A model generated the notes under the pieces. The model was not told where the DNA came from. It made no database searches and worked only from the letters and a program-made list of their open reading frames with translations. Shown one piece after another: positions 42,487-51,001 of a stretch of DNA of 64,000 bases. Position 1 is the stretch's first letter, and each line of letters starts with the position of its first letter. The stretch is taken from contig NZ_CANNDS010000006.1 of the NCBI RefSeq assembly GCF_947503415.1, positions 10,562 to 74,561 on the forward strand, written 5' to 3'. This DNA comes from an uncultured Tateyamaria sp. Its GTDB lineage: Bacteria > Pseudomonadota > Alphaproteobacteria > Rhodobacterales > Rhodobacteraceae. A program made the translations under genes and the position numbers.

Positions 42487-44130
42487 TCAGCTGTCCAACG
42501 CGGCAGTCACGGCGCCGCTGAGCCTTTGGGCATCCGCACGCGGGAGCGCGACGTAAGGCGCATCCAGAGTGCGGCTCAGGTCTTGCAATGTGGTCTGCGG
42601 GCGGTTCGACATGTCGATCACCAGTGCCGCCGTGCCTGTGGCGCGCAGGGCGCTTGCCATTGCCACGGAGTCTTCTGCGGCCTGGCCCCGATTTGCGCTG
42701 CCGTCGAGGGCCACGTTGGCGCGCCCATCCGTGACCAGAATGACCGTTGGGGTCAGGCCTTTGCCCTTTGTCTGTTGCGCGAGCAGGAGGGCGTGTTGCA
42801 GGCCCGAGGCGAGGGGCGTGCCGCCGCCGCCGGGGAGAGCTGACAGGCGGCGTTTGGTTTGCACGAGTGAGCGGGTCGGAGGCAGGAGGGTTTCTGCCTC
42901 GGCGCCGCGGAAAGAGATCAGGGCCACGTGGTCGCGGCTGGCATAGGCGTCGGCGAGCAGGAGTTCGATGGCGCCCTTGGCTTCGCCGAGGCGGGAAACG
43001 GCGGCGGAGCCTGATGCGTCGACAGTGAAAATCAACAGGCGATCGGATTGTTCGGCGTAGCGTTTCAGGCGGATGTCGGATGGACGGATGAGAAGGCCGC
43101 TGCGGTTCGGTTGTTGTTCGCGGCGCAAGGGTTGCCAGGGGGCTGCGGCGCGCAAGGTGGCGATCAGGTCGATCCGGGAGGTGCCGTCGAGCCGGCCGGG
43201 ACGCGAGGGCAGGGGGCGGCCGCGGCGGTTGCTGGTGCGCTTTTGACCCGCGCCTGTCCCGCCGGATTTTCGGGTTGTCCCCGCGGGGACAAGTCCGTTC
43301 AGCAGGTCGGGGGGGAGCAGGGATTTGACGGCTTCGACAAGCATATCGGCGTCGGGGAATGCGTCGTTTTCGTCGTTGTCCCCGCGGGGACAGTCGTCGG
43401 ACTGGGGTGGGGGAGGGGGGGTGTCTGCCTCTTCCAAATCCTCGGGAATGACAGTGGCGCGGTGGGGGTAGACGAGCGTCGCAGCGACTTCGAGGTCGGC
43501 GTCGGTGAGGTGGTTGCGACCCATGAGGTTTGCATGGGCGCGTGCGGTGCGGAGGGCGAGGGTCGGGGCGCGGAGGGATGTGATGCCGAAACGGGTTGCA
43601 AGCATGGTAAGTTGCAGGATGGCGTCAGCTGTTTTTACCTCTGACCCCGCGGGGACAGATTGGTTTGTCCCCGCGGGGACACACGGTTTTCGGCCCTCGG
43701 GTTCGATGTGGAAAGCGCAGCGATCAGCGAGGGGGTCGGGGGTGCGTTCGTCTGCCTCGATCCCTTCATCAAAGAGCAAAAAGCCCTGTGTTAGAGAATG
43801 ATCTGCCAGTTGAGAGAGCTTGGCGGCGAGGGCCGGGGGGCAGCGTTCGGCCATGGGAATGAGGGTGATAGTGGGGCTGTAGAAAAATGATTTATTTTCA
43901 ATGACTTGTGCGGATGCCAGGGTTGCGCTGAGGTCTATGCCGCCGAAGAGTTGTTCGTCGGATATGATGATAGGCAGTTTGCGGATGGGCAGGGCAGGGG
44001 TGAAGCCCGCCAGAAGCGCGTCACGGTCCGGACTTGCGCGCATGCGGATGACAGCACCGCCGAGACCCTGCGGGTCAAGCGCCAGCAATTTCAGGGCGAG
44101 GGTCGCGTTGTACCAGTTTTCTGCGGTCAT
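42487..44130 (-). CDS. bchD: magnesium chelatase subunit D
   Basis: 547 aa with an AAA-like N-terminus, a Pro/acidic linker (PPPPPQSDD...) and a C-terminal vWA domain (LLIFTVDASGS). Confidence 0.93.
   Translation of the reverse strand: MTAENWYNATLALKLLALDPQGLGGAVIRMRASPDRDALLAGFTPALPIRKLPIIISDEQLFGGIDLSATLASAQVIENKSFFYSPTITLIPMAERCPPALAAKLSQLADHSLTQGFLLFDEGIEADERTPDPLADRCAFHIEPEGRKPCVPAGTNQSVPAGSEVKTADAILQLTMLATRFGITSLRAPTLALRTARAHANLMGRNHLTDADLEVAATLVYPHRATVIPEDLEEADTPPPPPQSDDCPRGDNDENDAFPDADMLVEAVKSLLPPDLLNGLVPAGTTRKSGGTGAGQKRTSNRRGRPLPSRPGRLDGTSRIDLIATLRAAAPWQPLRREQQPNRSGLLIRPSDIRLKRYAEQSDRLLIFTVDASGSAAVSRLGEAKGAIELLLADAYASRDHVALISFRGAEAETLLPPTRSLVQTKRRLSALPGGGGTPLASGLQHALLLAQQTKGKGLTPTVILVTDGRANVALDGSANRGQAAEDSVAMASALRATGTAALVIDMSNRPQTTLQDLSRTLDAPYVALPRADAQRLSGAVTAALDS
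43277..43290. repeat. parS-like palindrome (exact, 18 bp) inside bchD
   Basis: Read as GLVPAGTT. Confidence 0.8.
43378..43391. repeat. parS-like palindrome (exact) inside the bchD linker
   Basis: Read as DDCPRGDND. Confidence 0.8.
43643..43656. repeat. one-mismatch palindrome GACCCCGCGGGGAC inside bchD
   Basis: Read as SVPAGSE, 24 bp from the next copy. Confidence 0.55.
43667..43680. repeat. parS-like palindrome (exact) inside bchD
   Basis: Read as CVPAGTN. Confidence 0.8.
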
Positions 44131-44131
44131 G

Positions 44132-44313
44132 ATTGAGCAGGGCGGGCGGACGACACGTCCGCCTTACGGATTAGCGGGTAAGGGGCGCCTCGCAGGCGCA
44201 TCCTCCGTCGGGTGCAGTGGCGCGGTGGCGGGGTGAACGCCGCCTTACCGCTTGGGGCAATGACCGTTCCATAGGGCAGGCCACGTAAGGCGGACGTGTC
44301 GTCCGCCCCGCCC
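44132..44313. mobile_element. 182-bp MITE-like inverted-repeat element between bchI and bchD
   Basis: Terminal inverted repeats gggcgggcggacgacacgtccgccttacg (44140-44168) and cgtaaggcggacgtgtcgtccgccccgccc (44284-44313), with a nested imperfect IR and the hairpin GCGCC-tcgca-GGCGC. GTCATG is present at both flanks (44126-31 and 44314-19). Confidence 0.6.
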
Positions 44314-44314
44314 G

Positions 44315-45322
44315 TCATGCCAGCACGGCGTCGACCGTGCGGGTGACGCGGGTGGTGCTGCCAGCCTCGTCCAGCGGGTCGCGGCGCAGGCGGTGGCTAA
44401 GGGCGATGGGGGCGATACGTTTGAGGTGGTCGCGGGTGAGTGTCTTTTTCTTGTTGTAGGCGGCGAGGGCGCGGGCGGCGCGGAGGAGGGTGAGCTCGCC
44501 GCGCAGCCCATCGCTGCCAAGGGCGATGCAAAGCTCTGCGCAATCGTGCAGGATGGCGTCTGGCGTGTCGATCTGGGGCAATAGCTTGCGGGCGGCGAGG
44601 ATCTTGCGGCGGATTTTGGCGTCTTCCTTAGAGTAGACCTCCATGAAGGCGTCGAAGTCCGACTCGAAGGCGTCGCGGCGTTTGATCACCTCGATCCGTT
44701 GGGCCACGTCGTTCGGGCTGCGCACTTCGACGGACAGGCCGAACCGGTCGAGGAGTTGCGGGCGCAATTCGCCCTCTTCGGGGTTGCCGGAGCCTACCAG
44801 CACGAAGCGGGCCGGGTGGCGGATGGAAAGCCCTTCGCGTTCGACGACGTTTTCGCCGGATTGGGCGACGTCGAGCAGCAGATCGACGATGTGGTCTTCG
44901 AGCAGGTTGACCTCGTCAATGTAGAGGTAGCCGCGGTTGGCGCGCGCCAGAAGGCCCGGTTCGAATGCTTTTTCGCCGCGTGTCAGGGCGCGTTCGATGT
45001 CGAGTGCGCCGACCACGCGGTCTTCGGTTGCGCCAAGCGGCAGGTCGATGACGGGGGTGGGCATGCGCCGCGTCTTTTTCGTCTCTACATTGGCCCATTC
45101 GGGGCAATTGTCGTGGGAGTCTGCGTTGATTGGGCACCCCTGCACGGCGGTGATGGGTGGCAGGAGGGCGGCCAGTGCGCGCACGGCGGTGGATTTGCCT
45201 GTGCCCCGGTCGCCAAAGACCAGAACGCCGCCGATGCCGGGGTCCACGGCTGTCAGGATCATGGCTTGTTTCATATCCTCCTGACCGACGATGGCGGAGA
45301 AGGGGAAAGGGGTTTTTGTCAT
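44315..45322 (-). CDS. bchI: magnesium chelatase subunit I
   Basis: ORF 44315..45748 trimmed to [21 protein letters not shown]. Walker A is GDRGTGKST. It has an ATGA overlap with the crtA stop. Confidence 0.95.
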   Translation of the reverse strand: MTKTPFPFSAIVGQEDMKQAMILTAVDPGIGGVLVFGDRGTGKSTAVRALAALLPPITAVQGCPINADSHDNCPEWANVETKKTRRMPTPVIDLPLGATEDRVVGALDIERALTRGEKAFEPGLLARANRGYLYIDEVNLLEDHIVDLLLDVAQSGENVVEREGLSIRHPARFVLVGSGNPEEGELRPQLLDRFGLSVEVRSPNDVAQRIEVIKRRDAFESDFDAFMEVYSKEDAKIRRKILAARKLLPQIDTPDAILHDCAELCIALGSDGLRGELTLLRAARALAAYNKKKTLTRDHLKRIAPIALSHRLRRDPLDEAGSTTRVTRTVDAVLA

Positions 45323-46026
45323 TGCAGTCGTAGTCCTTCGAGCGGGCTGGTGCCGCCCCATGTGCCGCTGTCGCCCAGGATGGCGAAGCGGGCGTAGAGT
45401 TCCTCGCGGAACCAAGCGCCGTCGCGGACGGCCTTGATCGCGTCGGCGTGGGGGCCGTTTGTGCGGGCGAATTGGGCCATTTCGTTTGCACCCGGCCAAA
45501 TGGAGAAGGTGACCTGCTGCAGCATGGGGACCTCTCCGATCCCGATCTTGAACAGGACGTTGGGGTCGCTGCCGATCATGGCGGAGATGTCGGGGACGCG
45601 GCCCCAGAATTTGGTCAGAATGCCGGGTTTGATTGTGGCGCGGGTGAGGGCGGCCAAAGGGCCGGATTTCGGCTCTGATACAGGGAAAAAGGGTGTTTTC
45701 CCGCTCCATGCCCCACGTGCTGAGGTGGGGGCGAGGAAGATCGTCCAATGTTCGGTCGCGCGGGTGCGGTAGCGCCCGAAAATGGGGGTGGACTCAATGC
45801 TTCTGCGCGCTGTTTCTTCGTCCGGCCATGTGCAAAGGACGGCGTAGACGGCCGTATTCGGGACCGGTGTGAACCCTTCGCCTGTGCCTGAGCCGCAGAG
45901 TTTCCAGAAGCCAAGGTCAGGCACGCGCGCCATGGCCAGACGGGCCGCGCCCATCATGGTCAGCGCCCATGCCCGGTCGCGCCACCGCGCAAAGCGGAAG
46001 AAGGATATCGTCGTGGTTTGGCTCAT
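45319..46026 (-). CDS. crtA: spheroidene monooxygenase
   Basis: Trimmed to [30 protein letters not shown] (CrtA-type N-terminus). Confidence 0.87.
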   Translation of the reverse strand: MSQTTTISFFRFARWRDRAWALTMMGAARLAMARVPDLGFWKLCGSGTGEGFTPVPNTAVYAVLCTWPDEETARRSIESTPIFGRYRTRATEHWTIFLAPTSARGAWSGKTPFFPVSEPKSGPLAALTRATIKPGILTKFWGRVPDISAMIGSDPNVLFKIGIGEVPMLQQVTFSIWPGANEMAQFARTNGPHADAIKAVRDGAWFREELYARFAILGDSGTWGGTSPLEGLRLQ

Positions 46027-46086
46027 CTTTTCGCACTGGCAGCGTGCCTGCTGGCACCTCATTAGCCTGTGCGACAGAAAAGAAAT

Positions 46087-46104
46087 TGTCAACTAAACTA
46101 GACA
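46087..46104. promoter_or_regulatory. TGT-N12-ACA (PpsR-type) operator in the crtA/crtI divergent region
   Basis: TGTCAACTAAACTAGACA. Confidence 0.65.
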
Positions 46105-46123
46105 CTCGTATTGTTTGCAGAAG

Positions 46124-47650
46124 ATGACACGCCTTGATCCCATCGAATCGGAAACCCGCGTCGGAAACCGCGCCATTGTGATTGGTGCGGGTCTGGGTGG
46201 CTTGGCCGCTGCCATGCGGCTGGGGGCCAAGGGCTACAAGGTTACGGTCATTGACAAGCTGGACGTGCCGGGGGGCCGTGGATCGGCCATATGGCAGGAC
46301 GGGCATCGGTTCGATCTGGGGCCGACGATTGTCACTGTGCCGCAGTTGTACAAGGAATTGTGGGCCGCTTGTGGTCGTCGGTTTGAAGACGATGTCGAGC
46401 TGAAGTCGCTTGATCCGTTCTATGAGATTCGCTGGCCTGATGGCACGAAGTTCGTGGCCCAGCATGATACGGACGCCATGCGCGCCGAGGTGGCCAGGAT
46501 CGAGCCGCGTGATGTGGACGGGTTCGACAAGTTCCTGCAGGATTCGGCCAAACGCTATTGGTTCGGCTTTGAGGATCTGGGCCGTCGGTCCATGCACCAG
46601 TTGTGGGAGTTGGTGAAGGTGTTGCCCACCTTCGGGATGTTGCGCGCCGATCGGTCTGTCTATGCCCATGCCAAGCGGCGGTTCATCAGTGATAAATTGC
46701 GGATGGCGTTTTCGTTTCACCCCCTCTTCATCGGGGGCGATCCGATGCATGTGACCAGCATGTATATTCTGGTGAGCTATCTGGAGAAGGAATTTGGCGT
46801 GCATTACGCCATGGGTGGTCTGGCCGGGATGGCGCAGAAGATGGCGGCTGTGATCGAGGATCAGGGTGGCACGCTGTTGATGGATACCGTCGTTGACGAG
46901 ATTGTCGTGGATCAGGGGCGTGTGCGTGGTGTGCGTCTTGAGTCCGGCCTGGAATTGGGGGCCGATGTTGTGGTGTCCAATGCCGATGCGGGCCACACCT
47001 ATGATCGGTTGATGCGCCATGCCCCCAAGAAGCGGTGGACGCCGTCGAAGCTGAAGCGCACCCGATATTCGATGAGCCTGTTTGTCTGGTATTTTGGTAC
47101 CAAGGGCACCCGTGGTGATTGGGCCGATGTGGGCCATCACACGATCCTGAATGGGCCACGCTATACCGGGTTGCTGCATGACATCTTCATGAAGGGCAAG
47201 CTGTCGGATGACATGAGCCTCTATGTCCACCGCCCGTCTGTGACTGACCCGAGTGTGGCGCCCGAGGGGGATGATACGTTCTATGTGCTGTCGCCTGTGC
47301 CCCATCTGGGTCATGGCGGGGTGGATTGGAAGACGGAGGCGGAAGCCTACAAGGCGAAGGTCTTGGCCGTGCTGGAAAAACAGCTTTTGCCGGGGTTAGG
47401 GTCGAAAATTTCGACCGAACAGGTGTTCACGCCCGAGACCTTCCGGGATCGGTATTTGTCTCCAAACGGGTCGGGCTTTTCGATTGAGCCGCGAATTTTG
47501 CAGTCGGCCTGGTTCCGTCCACACAACGTGAGTGAGGAGGCGGAGGGGTTGTATCTGGTGGGCGCTGGCACCCATCCCGGGGCCGGTGTGCCGGGGGTGA
47601 TTTCAACGGCTGAGGTGTTGAGCCAACTTGTCCCGGATGCTGTGACATGA
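46124..47650 (+). CDS. crtI: phytoene desaturase
   Basis: ATG 9 nt inside the ORF-track TTG start. It has the FAD motif AIVIGAGLGGLAAA. Confidence 0.95.
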   Translation: MTRLDPIESETRVGNRAIVIGAGLGGLAAAMRLGAKGYKVTVIDKLDVPGGRGSAIWQDGHRFDLGPTIVTVPQLYKELWAACGRRFEDDVELKSLDPFYEIRWPDGTKFVAQHDTDAMRAEVARIEPRDVDGFDKFLQDSAKRYWFGFEDLGRRSMHQLWELVKVLPTFGMLRADRSVYAHAKRRFISDKLRMAFSFHPLFIGGDPMHVTSMYILVSYLEKEFGVHYAMGGLAGMAQKMAAVIEDQGGTLLMDTVVDEIVVDQGRVRGVRLESGLELGADVVVSNADAGHTYDRLMRHAPKKRWTPSKLKRTRYSMSLFVWYFGTKGTRGDWADVGHHTILNGPRYTGLLHDIFMKGKLSDDMSLYVHRPSVTDPSVAPEGDDTFYVLSPVPHLGHGGVDWKTEAEAYKAKVLAVLEKQLLPGLGSKISTEQVFTPETFRDRYLSPNGSGFSIEPRILQSAWFRPHNVSEEAEGLYLVGAGTHPGAGVPGVISTAEVLSQLVPDAVT

Positions 47651-47690
47651 GGGGCGGTGCGCGCGAAGCGCACACCCTACGGAGGATGCT

Positions 47691-48725
47691 ATGATCAATC
47701 CCGCCGATCTGGAGGCCTGCACAGAGGCGATCCGGCACGGGTCGCTGTCGTTTCATGCCGCGTCCAAGTTGCTGCCCAAGCGGGTGCGTGATCCGGCGCT
47801 GGCGCTGTATGCATTCTGCCGGTTGGCGGATGACGAGGTTGATCTGAAGGCCGAGAAGGCGGAGGCGGTGTTGCGCCTGCGGGACCGGTTGGATCTGGTT
47901 TACGAGGGCAAGCCTAAGGATGCAGCACCTGACCGGGCCTTCGCAGCCGTGGTGGAGCAGTTCGAGATGCCGCGTGCTTTGCCGGATGCACTGCTGGAGG
48001 GCCTTGCTTGGGATGCCGAAGGGCGCACCTATGAGACCCTGTCGGGGGTGAAGGATTATTCGGCGCGTGTGGCGTCTGCCGTGGGGGCGATGATGTGCGT
48101 CCTGATGGGCGTGCGGGATGCGGATGCGCTGGCGCGGGCCTGTGATCTGGGCGTGGCGATGCAGTTGACCAACATCGCCCGTGATGTGGGCGAGGATGCG
48201 CTGGAGGGGCGGCTTTATCTGCCGACCGAATGGCTGGACGAGGCGGGGATGATGCGGGAGGCATTCTTCGCCGATCCTCGCGCCACAAAGGCCGTGCGCG
48301 GCATGGTCAAGCGGTTGGTGATGGAGGCAAACAGGCTCTATTACCGCTCAGAAGCGGGTATTGCGGCGCTGCCACGGGGATGCCGACCGGGAATCTATGC
48401 GGCGCGGTATATCTATGCAGGCATCGGCGGGCGGCTGACGGGCATGGGCTATGACAGCATTTCGGCGCGGGCGCGGACGTCCAAGGCGCAAAAGCTGGGG
48501 TGGCTGACGCAATCGGTTGCGTTGAGCGGGACAAGCATGGTGATGCCGCAATCGGCGGTGCTGTACGCCAAGCCGTTGCCTGAGGTGCAATTCCTTGTGG
48601 ATGCGGCGGCCAATGGCGCGCGTCCCAGCCGCAGTGACAGCCTGTTCGAGGCCCTCGCGGCGCTTGAAGCAAAACGGCAGGCGGATCGTGCGAGCTTGAT
48701 CGGCGCGCGCGTCCGGGCTACCTGA
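47691..48725 (+). CDS. crtB: phytoene synthase
   Basis: 344 aa with YAFCRLADDEVD and the second Asp-rich region. Confidence 0.93.
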   Translation: MINPADLEACTEAIRHGSLSFHAASKLLPKRVRDPALALYAFCRLADDEVDLKAEKAEAVLRLRDRLDLVYEGKPKDAAPDRAFAAVVEQFEMPRALPDALLEGLAWDAEGRTYETLSGVKDYSARVASAVGAMMCVLMGVRDADALARACDLGVAMQLTNIARDVGEDALEGRLYLPTEWLDEAGMMREAFFADPRATKAVRGMVKRLVMEANRLYYRSEAGIAALPRGCRPGIYAARYIYAGIGGRLTGMGYDSISARARTSKAQKLGWLTQSVALSGTSMVMPQSAVLYAKPLPEVQFLVDAAANGARPSRSDSLFEALAALEAKRQADRASLIGARVRAT

Positions 48726-48730
48726 GTTTC

Positions 48731-49213
48731 ATGTTCTGGCTTTTATTCTGCGTTTTCTTTGCCGCCTGCCTTGGTGCGGGCGCAACCGGTGGGCTGTTCC
48801 CGCCAGGCCCTTGGTACCGGTCGCTGACCAAGCCAAGCTGGACGCCGCCCGACTGGGTGTTCCCCGTGACATGGACAGTGCTGTACGTCTGCATGGCCGT
48901 TGCCGGTGCCCGCGCGGCAATGGCCGAGGGCAACGGGTTCGCAATGGCATTCTGGGCCATGCAGATCGCGTTCAATGGGCTGTGGACGCCGGTGTTCTTT
49001 GGCCTGCGCAATATCCGCGTGGGCATGGCGATCATCGGCGTGCTGTGGATCACGGTGCTGAGCGCGATGCTGGCGCTGTGGCAGGTGGATACGCTGGCTG
49101 GGGTGCTGTTTGTGCCGTACCTGGTTTGGGTGACGATTGCGGCTGCCCTGAATGCGGAGGTGTGGCGGTTGAACCGGGATGAGGCGGCTAAGGGGTCCGT
49201 GCAGGCGGGGTGA
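48731..49213 (+). CDS. tspO: tryptophan-rich sensory protein TspO (CrtK)
   Basis: 160 aa with five TM segments, WYRSLTKPSWTPPDWVFPVTWTVLY. Confidence 0.9.
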   Translation: MFWLLFCVFFAACLGAGATGGLFPPGPWYRSLTKPSWTPPDWVFPVTWTVLYVCMAVAGARAAMAEGNGFAMAFWAMQIAFNGLWTPVFFGLRNIRVGMAIIGVLWITVLSAMLALWQVDTLAGVLFVPYLVWVTIAAALNAEVWRLNRDEAAKGSVQAG

Positions 49214-49350
49214 GCACAGGCGGTGGTAAAAGACAGCTTTGCGACTGAATACCTGTTGTTTGCCTGTGCGCCGAATTGCGCGTTCGCCTCGTTAAGGAAA
49301 TCTTGAATTTGCCGCGCAAGATGGGCATGTCTGGGACTGAGAGGTGACCA

Positions 49351-49539
49351 ATGGCCAAGAGAGTTCAAAAATCTGCCGCCGCTTCTGCTCATACGCGTGT
49401 GCAAAGCAAACAAGCGACGAAGTCTGCTTCTGGCGTTGTTGTCACTCAGCGCAGTGCCAAAACCGGAAGGTTTGTTGAAGGTGTAAAGGCTATCTCGCGC
49501 CGGGATCGGGCGGGCCTGATCAAACTGGCTGACCGATAG
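49351..49539 (+). CDS. putative antitoxin partner of Doc (atypical, Lys/Ser/Ala-rich)
   Basis: 62 aa. Its stop overlaps the Doc GTG start (TAGTG). It contains RSAKTGRFV and a C-terminal ISRRDRAGLIKLADR. It has no recognisable Phd/YefM or AbrB fold by eye. Confidence 0.5.
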   Translation: MAKRVQKSAAASAHTRVQSKQATKSASGVVVTQRSAKTGRFVEGVKAISRRDRAGLIKLADR

Positions 49540-49979
49540 TGGCAGATCACTTCCGTGTCACGTTTGAGGATGTGATGACGGCTCATGACAACGCATTGCA
49601 AAATGGCGGCGGTGTTCCTGGCATAAACAACGAAGACTTGATCCGCAGTGCGCTGGGACGGCCATATCACGAATACGCGGGACACGTTTTTTACCCCTCT
49701 GTTACAGACAAAGCCGGATGCCTTTTGCATGGTTTCCTGACTAATCATGGGTTCAAGGATGCGAATAAGCGCACGGCGTGGATCGTGTGCAACGCGTTTC
49801 TTTATACAGAGATCTACCTGCTGATCCTGCCAGAGGACTACCCCTGGTATGACAAGCTGGCACAGATGGTGCATGAGCATTGGGACGTGCAGCGCGTAAT
49901 CTCGTGGGTGGAGCGTTATGCCAAGGGATACGAGAGCCACGAGGCCATGATGGACGACGTAGAAATCTTCTTTGGCTAG
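49539..49979 (+). CDS. doc: Doc-family (Fic-fold) toxin
   Basis: 146 aa with an exact Doc motif, H-G-F-K-D-A-N-K-R (HxFx[DN][AG]NKR). The local GC is visibly lower than in the flanks. Confidence 0.85.
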   Translation: MADHFRVTFEDVMTAHDNALQNGGGVPGINNEDLIRSALGRPYHEYAGHVFYPSVTDKAGCLLHGFLTNHGFKDANKRTAWIVCNAFLYTEIYLLILPEDYPWYDKLAQMVHEHWDVQRVISWVERYAKGYESHEAMMDDVEIFFG

Positions 49980-50065
49980 CGCGACTCTAACGGATTGACG
50001 GGTGATCGACGTCCAACATGCCGACCTGCCATTCAGGGAGGGACGGCCTTGTTGGGAAATGGTGT

Positions 50066-51001
50066 CTAGTCGAACGTCCATTTGCTGCGTCTTGGGACGC
50101 GGACGGCAAGCATGGGTTTGAGCAGTGGCGAGCGGAAGCGGTTGAGATCGAGGGCTTCGTGCACGCCGGTGGTCCGTTCACCGTTCAGCGTCGTTTCCAC
50201 GGCAGATCGGGAGTAAAACGGCGCGTCGAGCATGTTTTGCACTTGCCGTGCCTTGGCCCCGGCGTCTGCGCGCGTTTCGCGTTTGACGGCCCAGAGGGAG
50301 CGGCGGATGGGCGCTTTGGGTGGCAGGGGGATGCTGCTGGCGTTGCCCGCTTCGTCGAATTGAAAGCCTGCGGCGAGTTCCGAGCCGTCGAGACGGGTGG
50401 CGTCGTAGAAGCAGGTAGCACCATCCCCTGTGGGGTAGCGACCCCAGGTCCAGTAGGAAAAATCTTCTTCCAATGCGCGGGTGCCGAAATTGGCGTCGAA
50501 GTAGCCTTCGCCCGCCCACTGCCAACCCGGGCGGTCGATGTCGACCTCGATGCGGCTGCGCGGGGCGAAGGGGCGCCAGATGTGGCTATCGTCGGGTGTG
50601 AGGGCCAGTTCGATATTTGTGAGGGCGGAGGGGATGACCCTGATTTGCCCGCGCATGCGAGAGATGAGGGGCGGGGAGGAGACCTCGTCAATGTCGATGA
50701 CAAGCGTGTCGTCTTCCCAGCGCATCATGGAGGGGCCAACCTCGAGCCGGGACGCGGTCTGGCGCAGCGCTGACGTCCCCCGGTCTGTCATGGTGAACCG
50801 GCCGCCTTTGCCATAGGTGGCCACATTGATGCAGACGTGGTTTTGCGGGTTTTTGCGCCCCGACCAGCGGTACCACGGCGAAAACACGGACCCGATGAAC
50901 CCGATCACTGACACGGCGCGGGTGCCGCAATCGCTCAGGCCGTCGACATACCACCACGCGTAGCCATTTGGCCCGACGTCGATGCCGAAGTTTGGTCGCT
51001 C
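50066..51001 (-). CDS. crtC: hydroxyneurosporene synthase (acyclic carotenoid 1,2-hydratase); start codon unresolved
   Basis: Conserved CrtC sequence begins around ERPNFGIDVGPNGYAWWYVDGLSDCGTRAVSVIGFIGSVFSPWY. The frame is open up to the ATG at 51283, but there is no ATG/GTG/TTG between 51283 and the conserved block. It overlaps the crtD 3' end. Confidence 0.8.
   Translation of the reverse strand, partial: ERPNFGIDVGPNGYAWWYVDGLSDCGTRAVSVIGFIGSVFSPWYRWSGRKNPQNHVCINVATYGKGGRFTMTDRGTSALRQTASRLEVGPSMMRWEDDTLVIDIDEVSSPPLISRMRGQIRVIPSALTNIELALTPDDSHIWRPFAPRSRIEVDIDRPGWQWAGEGYFDANFGTRALEEDFSYWTWGRYPTGDGATCFYDATRLDGSELAAGFQFDEAGNASSIPLPPKAPIRRSLWAVKRETRADAGAKARQVQNMLDAPFYSRSAVETTLNGERTTGVHEALDLNRFRSPLLKPMLAVRVPRRSKWTFD

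Noticed and set aside
39029-43680. Could the repeated palindrome be a CRISPR array?
   Set aside because: The repeat is only 14-18 bp and fully palindromic. The spacing is irregular (24 bp to about 1 kb), most copies sit in genes, and no cas genes are present.
46132-46145. TTGATcccaTCGAA, a half-FNR-like motif
   Set aside because: Only one half-site matches TTGAT-N4-ATCAA, and it lies inside the crtI coding sequence.
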